Assembly (NCBI GenBank): GCA_041613315.1
Contig: JBFJHJ010000029.1
Location: 1-44,947 of the forward strand
DNA: 44,947 nt
Source of the DNA: Gemmatimonadales bacterium
GTDB taxonomy: Bacteria; Gemmatimonadota; Gemmatimonadetes; Gemmatimonadales; GWC2-71-9
Direction of reading: 5' to 3'
Notes under the pieces: generated by a model
Database searches by the model: none
What the model was told of the DNA's origin: nothing
The model's input: the letters and a program-made list of their open reading frames with translations, nothing else
Shown: positions 1 through 8,282 of the stretch, piece by piece
How the letters are laid out: the number at the start of each line of letters is the position of its first letter
Numbering within the stretch: position 1 is the stretch's first letter
Made by a program: the position numbers and the translations under genes

Positions 1-47
1 CCCCCCCCCCCCCCCCACCCCTCGGAGGAGGATCGCCACCGCTCAGC

Positions 48-2549
48 TCAGCCGCACTCGCTGTACCCGCAGACGTGGCACTTGACGCACCCTTCCGCGA
101 ACTCAAGTTGGGAGCCGCAGTCGGGACACGCCCCCACGAAGTGTTCGTCCCTGGGCGACCGCAACTCGGCCAACTCGCCGCCTGGACCGGCCCCCCGCGG
201 AGTCGTCGGCACCACGGCCGCATCGGCGGGCGCGCTCTCGAGGAGATCCTGCTGAATGCCGTGCTGCTCCTGTATCCACTTCTCGATGGCGATGCCGATG
301 GCGTCCGGCACCGACAGGACCTTGTGGGGCCCGAGGCCGCTCACGCGATCCGACGAGATGCCGCGGAGTTGCCGGTAGATCTCTTCGATCGGGATGCCGG
401 AGCGGAGCGCCAGCGAGATCAGCCGGCCGACGGCCTCGACGTCGGCCATCAGGGCCCCCCCGGCCTTGCCGAGGCTCATGAACATCTCGAACGGCTGGCC
501 GCGGTCGTCCTCCGTGATGGTCACGTACAGCGTCCCGAGCGGCGTCTCAATGCGGCGGGTGCAGCCGCGGAGCAATTCGGGCCGCGAGCGCTTGGCCCGG
601 CGCTGGAGATTCTCGGCCTCGACCTCGTGGAGCTGCCGCTTCGTGCGCGTCAGCTCGGCCTCGAGCTCGGCGATCGTCGCCTTGAGCTCCGCCATCGCGG
701 CGTTGCGGTCCGCCGCCCCCGCCTCCACGACCTCGCCCCCGGCTGAGGCGCGCACCTTTCTGGCCGTCTTGCCGGTCGAGAGCACTTGCAGGTCGCGGCT
801 CCCGTCGCGATAGACGGTCACACCCTTGCAGCCCAGGCGATACGCTAATTCGTAGATCTCGCGGACGTAGCCCTCGGTAGCCTCTTGGGGGAAGTTGCAC
901 GTCTTGCTGATCGCGCTGTCCGTGTACTCCTGAAAGGCGGCCTGCATGCGGATGTGCCACTCCGGCGTCACGTCGTGCGCGGTCACGAACACCCGCTGCC
1001 ACGATGCCGGCACCTCGTCGAAGTGGATGTGCCCCTCCTCCGCGATCCGGGCCATCAGCTCGTCCGAGTACCAGCCCTCCCGTTGCGCGATCGCCACGAA
1101 CACCTCGTTCACGTCGGGCATCAACACGCCGGCCTGGTTCCGCATGAACGCCACGGCGAAGAGCGGCTCGATGCCGGAGGAGCACCCGGCAATGATCGAA
1201 ATGGTGCCTGTCGGCGCCACGGTCGTGAGATTGCAGTTCCGCAGGCGCCGCATGGGCCGGATGCGACGTCCCTCGCGGTCGCGAGCGCACGTGTCGTCCG
1301 GTCCCCAGATGCTGCGCTCCCACTCCGGGAAGACGCCCCGCTCCTCCGCCAGGCGCTCGCTCTCGACCTTGGCCTCGTCGTCCACGAACCGCATCAGCCG
1401 CCGGGCCCACTCGATGGCCTCGTCGGAGTCGTAGGGCACGCCCAGCTGGACGAGGAAGTCGGCCCACCCCATCAGGCCCAGCCCGATGCGCCGAATCCGC
1501 TGCGCGAGGTCCGTGATCTGCGGCAGCGGGTACTTGTTGGCGTCGATCACGTTGTCCAGGAAGTGCGTGCTCAGATGCACAGCGCGCCGGAGTCCGTCCC
1601 AGTCTACGGACCCGTTCTTGACGAACAGCCCGACGTTGATGGACCCGAGATTACACACGTCGTACGGCAGGAGCGGCTGCTCGCCACACGGATTCGTGGC
1701 CTCGTAGCCGCCCAGATGGGGCACGGGGTTGTAATGGTTCGCCCGATCGATGAAGAACACGCCGGGCTCGCCCGTCTTCCACGCCCCGTGGACGATCCGA
1801 TCGAACACCTCCCGAGCGTTGAGCCGTCCGACCGCTTCACCTGTCCGCGGATGGATCAGGTCGTACTCGCCGTCCTCCTGCACGGCGCGCATGAACGCAT
1901 CCGTCACCGCCACCGAGATGTTGAAGTTGGTGATCTTGGTGATGTCGTCCTTGCACGCGATGAAATCGAGGATGTCGGGGTGGTCGACCCGCAGGATGCC
2001 CATGTTGGCGCCGCGGCGCGTGCCGCCCTGCTTGACGACCTCCGTGGAGGCGTCGTACAGCGACATGAACGACACCGGGCCCGACGCCACGCCCATGGTC
2101 GAGCGGACCACGTCGTTCTTGGGCCGGAGCCGGGAGAAGCCGAACCCCGTGCCGCCCCCGGACTGGTGCACGAGGGCCATGTTGCGGAGGGTGTCGTAGA
2201 TCCCGCTCTCGCCGTTGGAGAGGGCGTCGTCGACCGGGAGCACGAAGCAGGCCGAAAGCTGGCCCAGGGGCCGGCCGGCGTTCATCAGGGTCGGACTGTT
2301 GGGCATCCAGACGCGCGCGGCCATCAGCTCGTAGAACGTCTCGGCCAGCGCCTCGACCCCCCCGGGGCTCGCGCCGTAGCGGGCGTCCGCCGCCGCGACG
2401 CTCCGTCCGACACGCCAGAACAGGTCTTCGGGCTCCTCCACCGGCCGACCTTGATCGTCCTTGATCAGGTACCGGCGCCGAAGCACCGTCACCGCGTTCT
2501 CGCTGAGCTCCGCCTCCCGACGTCCGTTGGCATCCGCCACAAGACCCAT
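48..2549 (-). CDS. nrdJ: Adenosylcobalamin-dependent (class II) ribonucleotide reductase with C-terminal TSCPD-like domain and Zn ribbon
   Basis: Motifs PNSPTLMNAG, ACFV, RRGANMG, NPCGEQ, APTGTIS, SAISKT; C-terminal CPDCG...CVKCHVCGYSECG; AGGAG SD upstream; no nrdB in the window. Confidence 0.93.
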   Translation of the reverse strand: MGLVADANGRREAELSENAVTVLRRRYLIKDDQGRPVEEPEDLFWRVGRSVAAADARYGASPGGVEALAETFYELMAARVWMPNSPTLMNAGRPLGQLSACFVLPVDDALSNGESGIYDTLRNMALVHQSGGGTGFGFSRLRPKNDVVRSTMGVASGPVSFMSLYDASTEVVKQGGTRRGANMGILRVDHPDILDFIACKDDITKITNFNISVAVTDAFMRAVQEDGEYDLIHPRTGEAVGRLNAREVFDRIVHGAWKTGEPGVFFIDRANHYNPVPHLGGYEATNPCGEQPLLPYDVCNLGSINVGLFVKNGSVDWDGLRRAVHLSTHFLDNVIDANKYPLPQITDLAQRIRRIGLGLMGWADFLVQLGVPYDSDEAIEWARRLMRFVDDEAKVESERLAEERGVFPEWERSIWGPDDTCARDREGRRIRPMRRLRNCNLTTVAPTGTISIIAGCSSGIEPLFAVAFMRNQAGVLMPDVNEVFVAIAQREGWYSDELMARIAEEGHIHFDEVPASWQRVFVTAHDVTPEWHIRMQAAFQEYTDSAISKTCNFPQEATEGYVREIYELAYRLGCKGVTVYRDGSRDLQVLSTGKTARKVRASAGGEVVEAGAADRNAAMAELKATIAELEAELTRTKRQLHEVEAENLQRRAKRSRPELLRGCTRRIETPLGTLYVTITEDDRGQPFEMFMSLGKAGGALMADVEAVGRLISLALRSGIPIEEIYRQLRGISSDRVSGLGPHKVLSVPDAIGIAIEKWIQEQHGIQQDLLESAPADAAVVPTTPRGAGPGGELAELRSPRDEHFVGACPDCGSQLEFAEGCVKCHVCGYSECG

Positions 2550-2650
2550 GTCCGCTCCTGCCCCCTCAGGGGTGAGTCGCCGCTGCTGTCTTGAAAGTTA
2601 GTCGAAACTGAGGGAAACCGGTCGACCGCCGGTACGACGCGCGGGGGGAC

Positions 2651-2679
2651 AAGGTAGAAGCGAAGGGGATACCACGCAA
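2651..2679 (-). promoter_or_regulatory. Putative sigma70 promoter of nrdJ
   Basis: Minus strand TTGCGT-N17-TACCTT in the intergenic region upstream of nrdJ. Confidence 0.45.
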
Positions 2680-2713
2680 GCGGTCGACGAACGCGCGCCG
2701 TTGGGCCGCTCCG

Positions 2714-2729
2714 CGTTATTCACATCACA
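2714..2729. promoter_or_regulatory. Possible CRP/FNR-family site upstream of nrdJ
   Basis: Minus strand TGTGA-N6-TAACG (8/10 to TGTGA-N6-TCACA). Confidence 0.3.
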
Positions 2730-3240
2730 AAGCTGCTTCCCCGGAACTCGGATGTCTGGCGACCGTGCCCGCACGGTGTCGCCGCGCCTGCTCCACATAG
2801 TGGCGCCACGTGCCCTCGATCCGCCGACGGAGGTCCGCGTCCACCGGGCGCACCACCCGGCCGGGGACCCCCAGGACCAGGGACCCCGGCGGCACCGCCA
2901 TCCCCTCCGGCAGCACCGCGCCGGCGCCGATCACCGAGCCGGTCCCCACCCGGACCCCGTTCAACAGGATCGCCCCCATCCCGATCAGGCACTCGTCCTC
3001 CACCGTGCAGCCGTGGAGGATCGCCCGGTGTCCCACCCCCACACGACGGCCGACGGTGCACGGCACGCCCTCGTCCACGTGGACCATCGACAGGTCCTGG
3101 ATATTGGTCTGATCGCCGATCCGAATCGCGTCCATGTCCCCACGAAGCACCGTGTGATACCAGACGCTGGCGTCCCGACCGAGCATGACGTCCCCCAGGA
3201 CGATCGCGCCGGGAGCGATGAAGGCGGTGGGATGGATCAC
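2725..3240 (-). CDS. Gamma-class carbonic anhydrase family (YrdA/PaaY-like) hexapeptide-repeat protein
   Basis: IHPTAFIA, LRGD, TNIQD, VH, VGH-x4-HGC metal-ligand pattern; left-handed beta-helix repeats. Confidence 0.92.
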   Translation of the reverse strand: MIHPTAFIAPGAIVLGDVMLGRDASVWYHTVLRGDMDAIRIGDQTNIQDLSMVHVDEGVPCTVGRRVGVGHRAILHGCTVEDECLIGMGAILLNGVRVGTGSVIGAGAVLPEGMAVPPGSLVLGVPGRVVRPVDADLRRRIEGTWRHYVEQARRHRAGTVARHPSSGEAAL

Positions 3241-3249
3241 CGCGCCGCC

Positions 3250-5193
3250 TCAGCGCGGCACCGCGTGGCAGGCGAGTCGCAGCCAGGCGTCGACCGCCCG
3301 ACCGTCCTTGACCGCAGGCGTATACCGGGTGTTGCGCGCGAACCGGCCCGCGAGGCGGGTGAATGCGTCGACGCTCGACCCCCGCTGGAGCTGCATCCGG
3401 CCGGCCGAGCTGTCGGCCCGCACCTGCACCCAGATCACGACCGGCGTGGGGAGCTCCTCCACTCCTTCGGGAATCGGCAGCACGCACGCACGGACGGGCG
3501 ACGGCCCGACGTCGTAGCAGCTGTTGTCGGCGTTGTAATCGGCGCCCGGCTCCGAGCAGACATCCACCAGCCGCGCGGGCGGGCGCGGCGTGGGCTGCAC
3601 CGGCACCGGACCGCCGCCCTGGGCGGGTGCCAGCGACACCGGCAGCACCACCGTGTCGCCTCGCGCCAGGGCGATCGTCGTGTCGAACTTCTCGTGCCCC
3701 AGCATGGTGACCTCGATCCGGTGCGAGCCGGCCGCCAGGTTCAGCGTGGCGGTCGTGCGCACGTCGCCGTCCACGCGAACGGTCGCGAGCCCCGGGACGT
3801 TCCGCAGAATGAAGGTGCCGGTGTTGGGCAGGTCCGCGACCGACGGGCCACGCGACCCCGTGTCCGGCGCCCCCAGGTCGGGGGGCGCGACGCGAACCGA
3901 GTCGGCGCCGGCCGCGTCGAGCGGGTCGCCGCCGGCCCCGCGGATCGCCGGTGGAGGGACGCCGCCCGCCAGCAGGCGCTCGAAGTCCGGCGGCCACTGC
4001 GCACCCAACAGGAAATACCACACGCTGCCCGCCCCGCCGCCGCCGATCAACAACAGCAACAACATCCCCGCCAGCACCCCGCTCCGCTTTTTTACGGGCG
4101 GCCGCGGCTGCGCCTGCGGGATCGGCGTCGTGGGGGTGGTCGTCATCGTGCGGCTGCGGGGCCGCCGCCCGGGAACCTGACTCGCCGGCATGGCCGCAGT
4201 CGGCTGCCCTTCCGGGACCGTGGCGCGTGGGCGCCGGTCCACTGGCGAGCGGCCCTCGAGCGCGCCGATCAGCTCCTCGGCGCTCTGGAACCGGTCGTCC
4301 GGCGACTTCGCCATCATGCGCTCCACCACGGCGAACAGCGATCGCTGCTCCGCGTTGTGGAACGGCGGCGTCGGCACGTCCTCCATGATGTGCTTGTAGC
4401 CGATCGCGAAGGAGTCTTCGCCGTCGAACGGCACGTGCCCGGTGAGACACTGGAACGCGACGACGCCGAGCGAATAGACATCGCTCCGCCCATCGAGCGA
4501 CTGGGCTCGGGCCTGTTCCGGGCTCATGTAATGGGGCGTGCCGATCGACATGCCGGTGCCCGTGAGCCGCGTGCCCGACGCCGCCTTGGCGATGCCGAAG
4601 TCGGTGACCACCACGTTGCCCAGCTCGTCGAACATGATGTTGTCGGGCTTGACGTCACGATGCACGATGTCATGCCGATGGGCGTATCCCAGCGCGCTCG
4701 CCGCCTGGACGAGGACACGGCGGATCTCGTTCGGCGGGAGCGGCCCTTGCACGTCCAGCACCTCGGCCAGCGACTGGCCCCGCAGGTACTTCATCACGAA
4801 AAAGATGACGCGCCCGGTCCTCCCGACCCGGTAGATCGGAATGACATTGGGGTGCTCCAGGCGCGCGCTGGTCCGGGCCTCCCGCTGGAATCGCTCCACG
4901 AACTCCTGGTCGAAGGCGAGCGAGAAGGGCAGCACCTTGATGGCGACGTCGCGCTCCAGCTGGCGCTCCCGGGCCTTGAAGACGATCGCCATACCGCCAC
5001 GCCCGAGCTCCTCGAGGATCTCGTACTCCTGGCGCAGCGCCTCCTGCACGAGGTCCAGCTCCGACGCCTCGCTGGCGATGGCGGCACCGATGTCGATCGC
5101 GGCCAGCGGCGTCGTGCTCGCCAGGTCCAGCCCGCACGACGGGCAGAATTTCGCCTGGTTCTCGACTTCCGTGCCGCAGCGCGAGCAGAACAT
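3250..5193 (-). CDS. Hanks-type Ser/Thr kinase: Zn ribbon, kinase, TM, PEGA-like and TonB-C-like domains
   Basis: Start moved to ATG 5193 (MFCSRCG, GAGGGG SD); LGRGGMAIV, VAIK, HRDVKPDN, DFGIA, GTPHYMSPEQ; TM GVLAGMLLLLLIG; C-terminal RYTPAVKDGRAVDAW. Confidence 0.92.
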   Translation of the reverse strand: MFCSRCGTEVENQAKFCPSCGLDLASTTPLAAIDIGAAIASEASELDLVQEALRQEYEILEELGRGGMAIVFKARERQLERDVAIKVLPFSLAFDQEFVERFQREARTSARLEHPNVIPIYRVGRTGRVIFFVMKYLRGQSLAEVLDVQGPLPPNEIRRVLVQAASALGYAHRHDIVHRDVKPDNIMFDELGNVVVTDFGIAKAASGTRLTGTGMSIGTPHYMSPEQARAQSLDGRSDVYSLGVVAFQCLTGHVPFDGEDSFAIGYKHIMEDVPTPPFHNAEQRSLFAVVERMMAKSPDDRFQSAEELIGALEGRSPVDRRPRATVPEGQPTAAMPASQVPGRRPRSRTMTTTPTTPIPQAQPRPPVKKRSGVLAGMLLLLLIGGGGAGSVWYFLLGAQWPPDFERLLAGGVPPPAIRGAGGDPLDAAGADSVRVAPPDLGAPDTGSRGPSVADLPNTGTFILRNVPGLATVRVDGDVRTTATLNLAAGSHRIEVTMLGHEKFDTTIALARGDTVVLPVSLAPAQGGGPVPVQPTPRPPARLVDVCSEPGADYNADNSCYDVGPSPVRACVLPIPEGVEELPTPVVIWVQVRADSSAGRMQLQRGSSVDAFTRLAGRFARNTRYTPAVKDGRAVDAWLRLACHAVPR

Positions 5194-5216
5194 CCGTGCT
5201 CCCCTCGAGATTGGCG

Positions 5217-5246
5217 AACGTACGAGACGCCGAGGACGAGTGTCAA
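5217..5246 (-). promoter_or_regulatory. Sigma70 promoter of the kinase gene
   Basis: Minus strand TTGACA-N18-TACGTT, ending 23 nt before the ATG. Confidence 0.7.
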
Positions 5247-5263
5247 GCACACGTCCGCCCCCG

Positions 5264-5279
5264 TGTGACGCGGATCACG
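5264..5279. promoter_or_regulatory. CRP/FNR-family binding site
   Basis: TGTGA-cgcgga-TCACG (9/10), centred about -61.5 from the inferred kinase TSS (~5210). Confidence 0.55.
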
Positions 5280-5393
5280 CGTCGCCACGCCGGCGCATCG
5301 CCGTCGAACATCCATGATTAATCGGAGGGCCCAGCGACAACCGTGACGGCGCTCATCCCTTCAGGAATGGCCCCCACCGGGCCCGAGCGCCCG

Positions 5394-8282
5394 TCAGAAG
5401 GAGGGGCCGAAGGCGACGTAGAACCGGGCGTCCCCGCGAGCGACGCCGAGCCCGGAGGTAAGCGGCACCGCGGCGCCCACCCGGACGCGGAGCGGCACGT
5501 CGTAAGAGACCCCGAGGTCGAATACCGCCTCAGCACCCACGTCCCGGAACGCCGTGGGCGCTGGCGTCTCACCCGCGTTCCACCCGCCACCCATTTCGAC
5601 GAACGCGGCGAGGGAGACGCGGTCGAGCACGACCGGGAGCTTCCAGAGACCCGCGCTCACGAGCACGAGGGGCAGGCGCAGCTCGACCATCCCCACGACC
5701 ACCCGAGTGAACGACCCGGCTCGCGGATAGCCCCTCAGCGGGAACGCCCGGCGTCCGGCCCCCACGGTGTAGCCCGGGACGATCTGAAACACGTCGCCCG
5801 ACTCCCCACCGATGCCGAACCGCTCCGGAGCGGGGCCGCCGCTGCGCGCCGCGGAGAGGCGCGTCGCCAGCACCCAGTGGGCGAAGCCCGGAAGCGGAAG
5901 CGCCAGATACCCGGAGACCCCGCCCCGGAGACCGTACGACCACTCGGGCCCAGCCAGCGCCCAGCGTCGCCGCAGGCTGCCGTCCAGCACGATCCCGTCC
6001 TCCGGCGAGATCGCGAGCGCCGGCCGCGAGTTGTGGGCGAGTCGGAAGGCGAGCACGCCGCCGCCGAACAGCGGCAGCTCGGGGGGTGTCACCGCGAGCG
6101 TGTCGTCGTCGAACAGGGCCCGCGCGTTCAGCTCGGCGCCGATGCGCGTGGCGAACGCGGTGCGCCAACGGCGCCACGAGAGCGTGAGGCCGGTGTCGAT
6201 CCGGCGCTCCCGCTCCCCCAATCGGACCAGCGTGCCGTCCGTCGTGATCCCCAGCGTGGGTTCCCAGTCCTGGCTGATACCGACGTCGAGCGACGCCACC
6301 TTCCAGCGACGGTGTTCGACGCGCAGGCCGCCTTCCCACCGGCCCCGCGTGGGCGCCACGAGCACCGTGGCGCCGTAGGCCGTTCGTCCGATCGGATCCG
6401 AGCCGCCCGACAGCGCCCCCACGAAGTACCCGGCGCTGCCCTCGGCGGCGCCAATGGGGATCCAGTATCGCGGGATCAGCGCCGGCCAGGGACGGTACGC
6501 CGTTTCCCGGGCCACGACGGCCGGGGCGGACACGAAGACCCCCGGAGGCCCGCGCGACAGGGTGGGCTCCGGCGCCGGGTCCGCCCCCGCCTGCCTGAGA
6601 ACCGCGAAACCGTCGCCCAGCACAGAGGAATAGAAGAGCGTCCCATCAGGCCCCTCCTGCGGCTCCCGAGCCCCGGTGGGTTCATCGGTCCGGCGGCGCG
6701 ACGCCCCCGTGGCGGGCCGGTAGTCGTAGATCTGCGGGAGCCCCGACCGTTCCGAGAAGAACAGCAGACGGCTGCCGTCCGGCGTCCACGCCGGGTCGCC
6801 CTCGAGCGCCCCGTCGTCGGTCACCGACACCACGGCTCCCGGGTCCTCGCGTGGCCACCACACGAGGTCCCAGCGTCCGTCGCGGAGTCGCACCCCCGCC
6901 ACCCACCGCCCGTCCCGCGACACAGCAAAGCTCGCCCACTCGTCGGCGGCCGGCACGGGAAAAGGCCGGGGCGTCCACTCCGGGGCGCTCACCGTGGCCA
7001 CCGAGCGGTCGCCGGTGAGTGTCGTTGAAACGCCCACGGCGCCCGCCCCCGCCGCAAAGGGCGTCGTGAGCCGCGCCCCGTGCGTGAGACGCGTCCAGCG
7101 ACCGTCGGGCGTCCAGCGATACAGGTCCGACCACACCTCGACCGGCGTCGCGAAGTCGAGCTGTGTGACGTAGAGCGTTTCCGCCACCCAGGCCACCTCC
7201 GCACCACCGGTGAGCCGTCGCGAGGTCCGCACGCGGCCATCGGCGGCGTTCCGGACGACGAGGCGCGGCACGGCGCGGCCGTCGTTGTGCACGTACGCGA
7301 TCGCCGACCCGTCGGGCGAGAGCGCGATCTGGGGCTCGACGAAGAGCCCGCGCGTGATGACGGCACCCGCGGGCGCGTGCGGACCGCCGTCGCCGGCCCG
7401 CGCGCGCAGCCGCTCCCATCCCGCGGCCAGAGGGTCCGCACCGGCGCGCCGGAGGGGGGCGGAGACGGCGAGCGGCCAGAGCTGTCGGGAGGCTCGGTCC
7501 ACGAACCGCGGCACCACCGAGTCCCCGTGCTCCGCCGCTTCGAGCGCGAAGAAACGCGAGCCCCACGCGTAGGGCCGCGTCCCAGCCGGCCAGGCGGACA
7601 CGGTGAGGGTAGCGTCGTCCGGGCCGGGCCACCGCCCGCCGGCCGCCGCCGCGCGCACGACCTGGGTGTGGAAGCCGCCGCGCACCCGGCCACCCAGCGT
7701 GAAGCGCGACTCGTAGTAGGTCGCCAGCCCCTCGCTCACCCACGAGGGGTGATATGTGTTGGGGAACAGGCCCGGCGCCCGCCCGAACACGTGCTGCAAC
7801 ACCCCCCAGATGCCATCCGCCCGATCGAGATGGAAGAGGTGCGCGAGTTCGTGCGTCAGGACGACGCGGAGCCATGCATCGTAGTATCCGAGCGAGACGT
7901 CCGGACCAGGCGGGACGAGGAAAATGAAGAGACGATTGGACGGAAAGATCGCCGCCGCGCCGTTTGAGACATCGGTGTTGTCGAACAGCGCGACGTCCAC
8001 GATCCCGCGGGGTGGCCGCAGCTCGCCGGCCAGCAGCTCGTACGCCCGCTCCGCTTCACGCGAGGCCGCGAGCGCCGCGTTCCGGTGCTCCGCGGTGGCG
8101 TGGATACGGAAGTGCGCGGTGCGCCACGTTCGCCACGCGCCGCTCGGATCGACCTGGGCGACCGCGGGAAGGACGGCCCCGACGGCCAGGGCGGCCACGA
8201 CCGCGACGATCGGCCATCGCGCGAGCGGGGCGGCTCCCGCTCCCGCCGCACCCGACCTAGCGCTGCACGGCAGCACGCTCAC
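5394..8282 (-). CDS. Outer-membrane protein: gluzincin-like peptidase domain, TolB/PD40 beta-propeller and Omp85 (BamA/TamA-like) barrel
   Basis: Signal peptide ending PAVA/Q; THELAH...WVSEGLATY; SPDG and PAWTPDG repeats; LRGY motif; C-terminal beta-signal FYVAFGPSF. Start codon uncertain. Confidence 0.75.
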   Translation of the reverse strand: MSVLPCSARSGAAGAGAAPLARWPIVAVVAALAVGAVLPAVAQVDPSGAWRTWRTAHFRIHATAEHRNAALAASREAERAYELLAGELRPPRGIVDVALFDNTDVSNGAAAIFPSNRLFIFLVPPGPDVSLGYYDAWLRVVLTHELAHLFHLDRADGIWGVLQHVFGRAPGLFPNTYHPSWVSEGLATYYESRFTLGGRVRGGFHTQVVRAAAAGGRWPGPDDATLTVSAWPAGTRPYAWGSRFFALEAAEHGDSVVPRFVDRASRQLWPLAVSAPLRRAGADPLAAGWERLRARAGDGGPHAPAGAVITRGLFVEPQIALSPDGSAIAYVHNDGRAVPRLVVRNAADGRVRTSRRLTGGAEVAWVAETLYVTQLDFATPVEVWSDLYRWTPDGRWTRLTHGARLTTPFAAGAGAVGVSTTLTGDRSVATVSAPEWTPRPFPVPAADEWASFAVSRDGRWVAGVRLRDGRWDLVWWPREDPGAVVSVTDDGALEGDPAWTPDGSRLLFFSERSGLPQIYDYRPATGASRRRTDEPTGAREPQEGPDGTLFYSSVLGDGFAVLRQAGADPAPEPTLSRGPPGVFVSAPAVVARETAYRPWPALIPRYWIPIGAAEGSAGYFVGALSGGSDPIGRTAYGATVLVAPTRGRWEGGLRVEHRRWKVASLDVGISQDWEPTLGITTDGTLVRLGERERRIDTGLTLSWRRWRTAFATRIGAELNARALFDDDTLAVTPPELPLFGGGVLAFRLAHNSRPALAISPEDGIVLDGSLRRRWALAGPEWSYGLRGGVSGYLALPLPGFAHWVLATRLSAARSGGPAPERFGIGGESGDVFQIVPGYTVGAGRRAFPLRGYPRAGSFTRVVVGMVELRLPLVLVSAGLWKLPVVLDRVSLAAFVEMGGGWNAGETPAPTAFRDVGAEAVFDLGVSYDVPLRVRVGAAVPLTSGLGVARGDARFYVAFGPSF

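Noticed and set aside
1..16. Poly-C run at the window start
   Set aside because: A homopolymer at the sequence edge; most likely a contig-end or poly-G sequencing artefact, and context is missing
2550..2724. Cobalamin riboswitch upstream of nrdJ
   Set aside because: No recognisable B12-box or conserved core; the predicted leader is only ~95 nt
2790..2805. CCACATAGTGG as an NrdR box for nrdJ
   Set aside because: Partial match, single copy, inside the gamma-CA CDS and >100 bp from the predicted promoter; NrdR boxes are usually tandem
2701..5268. 855-aa + strand ORF, and similar long ORFs such as 10425-12848(-), 34730-37147(+) and 885-2594(+)
   Set aside because: Antisense shadows of well-supported genes; Arg/Pro/His-rich with no motifs, as expected in high-GC DNA
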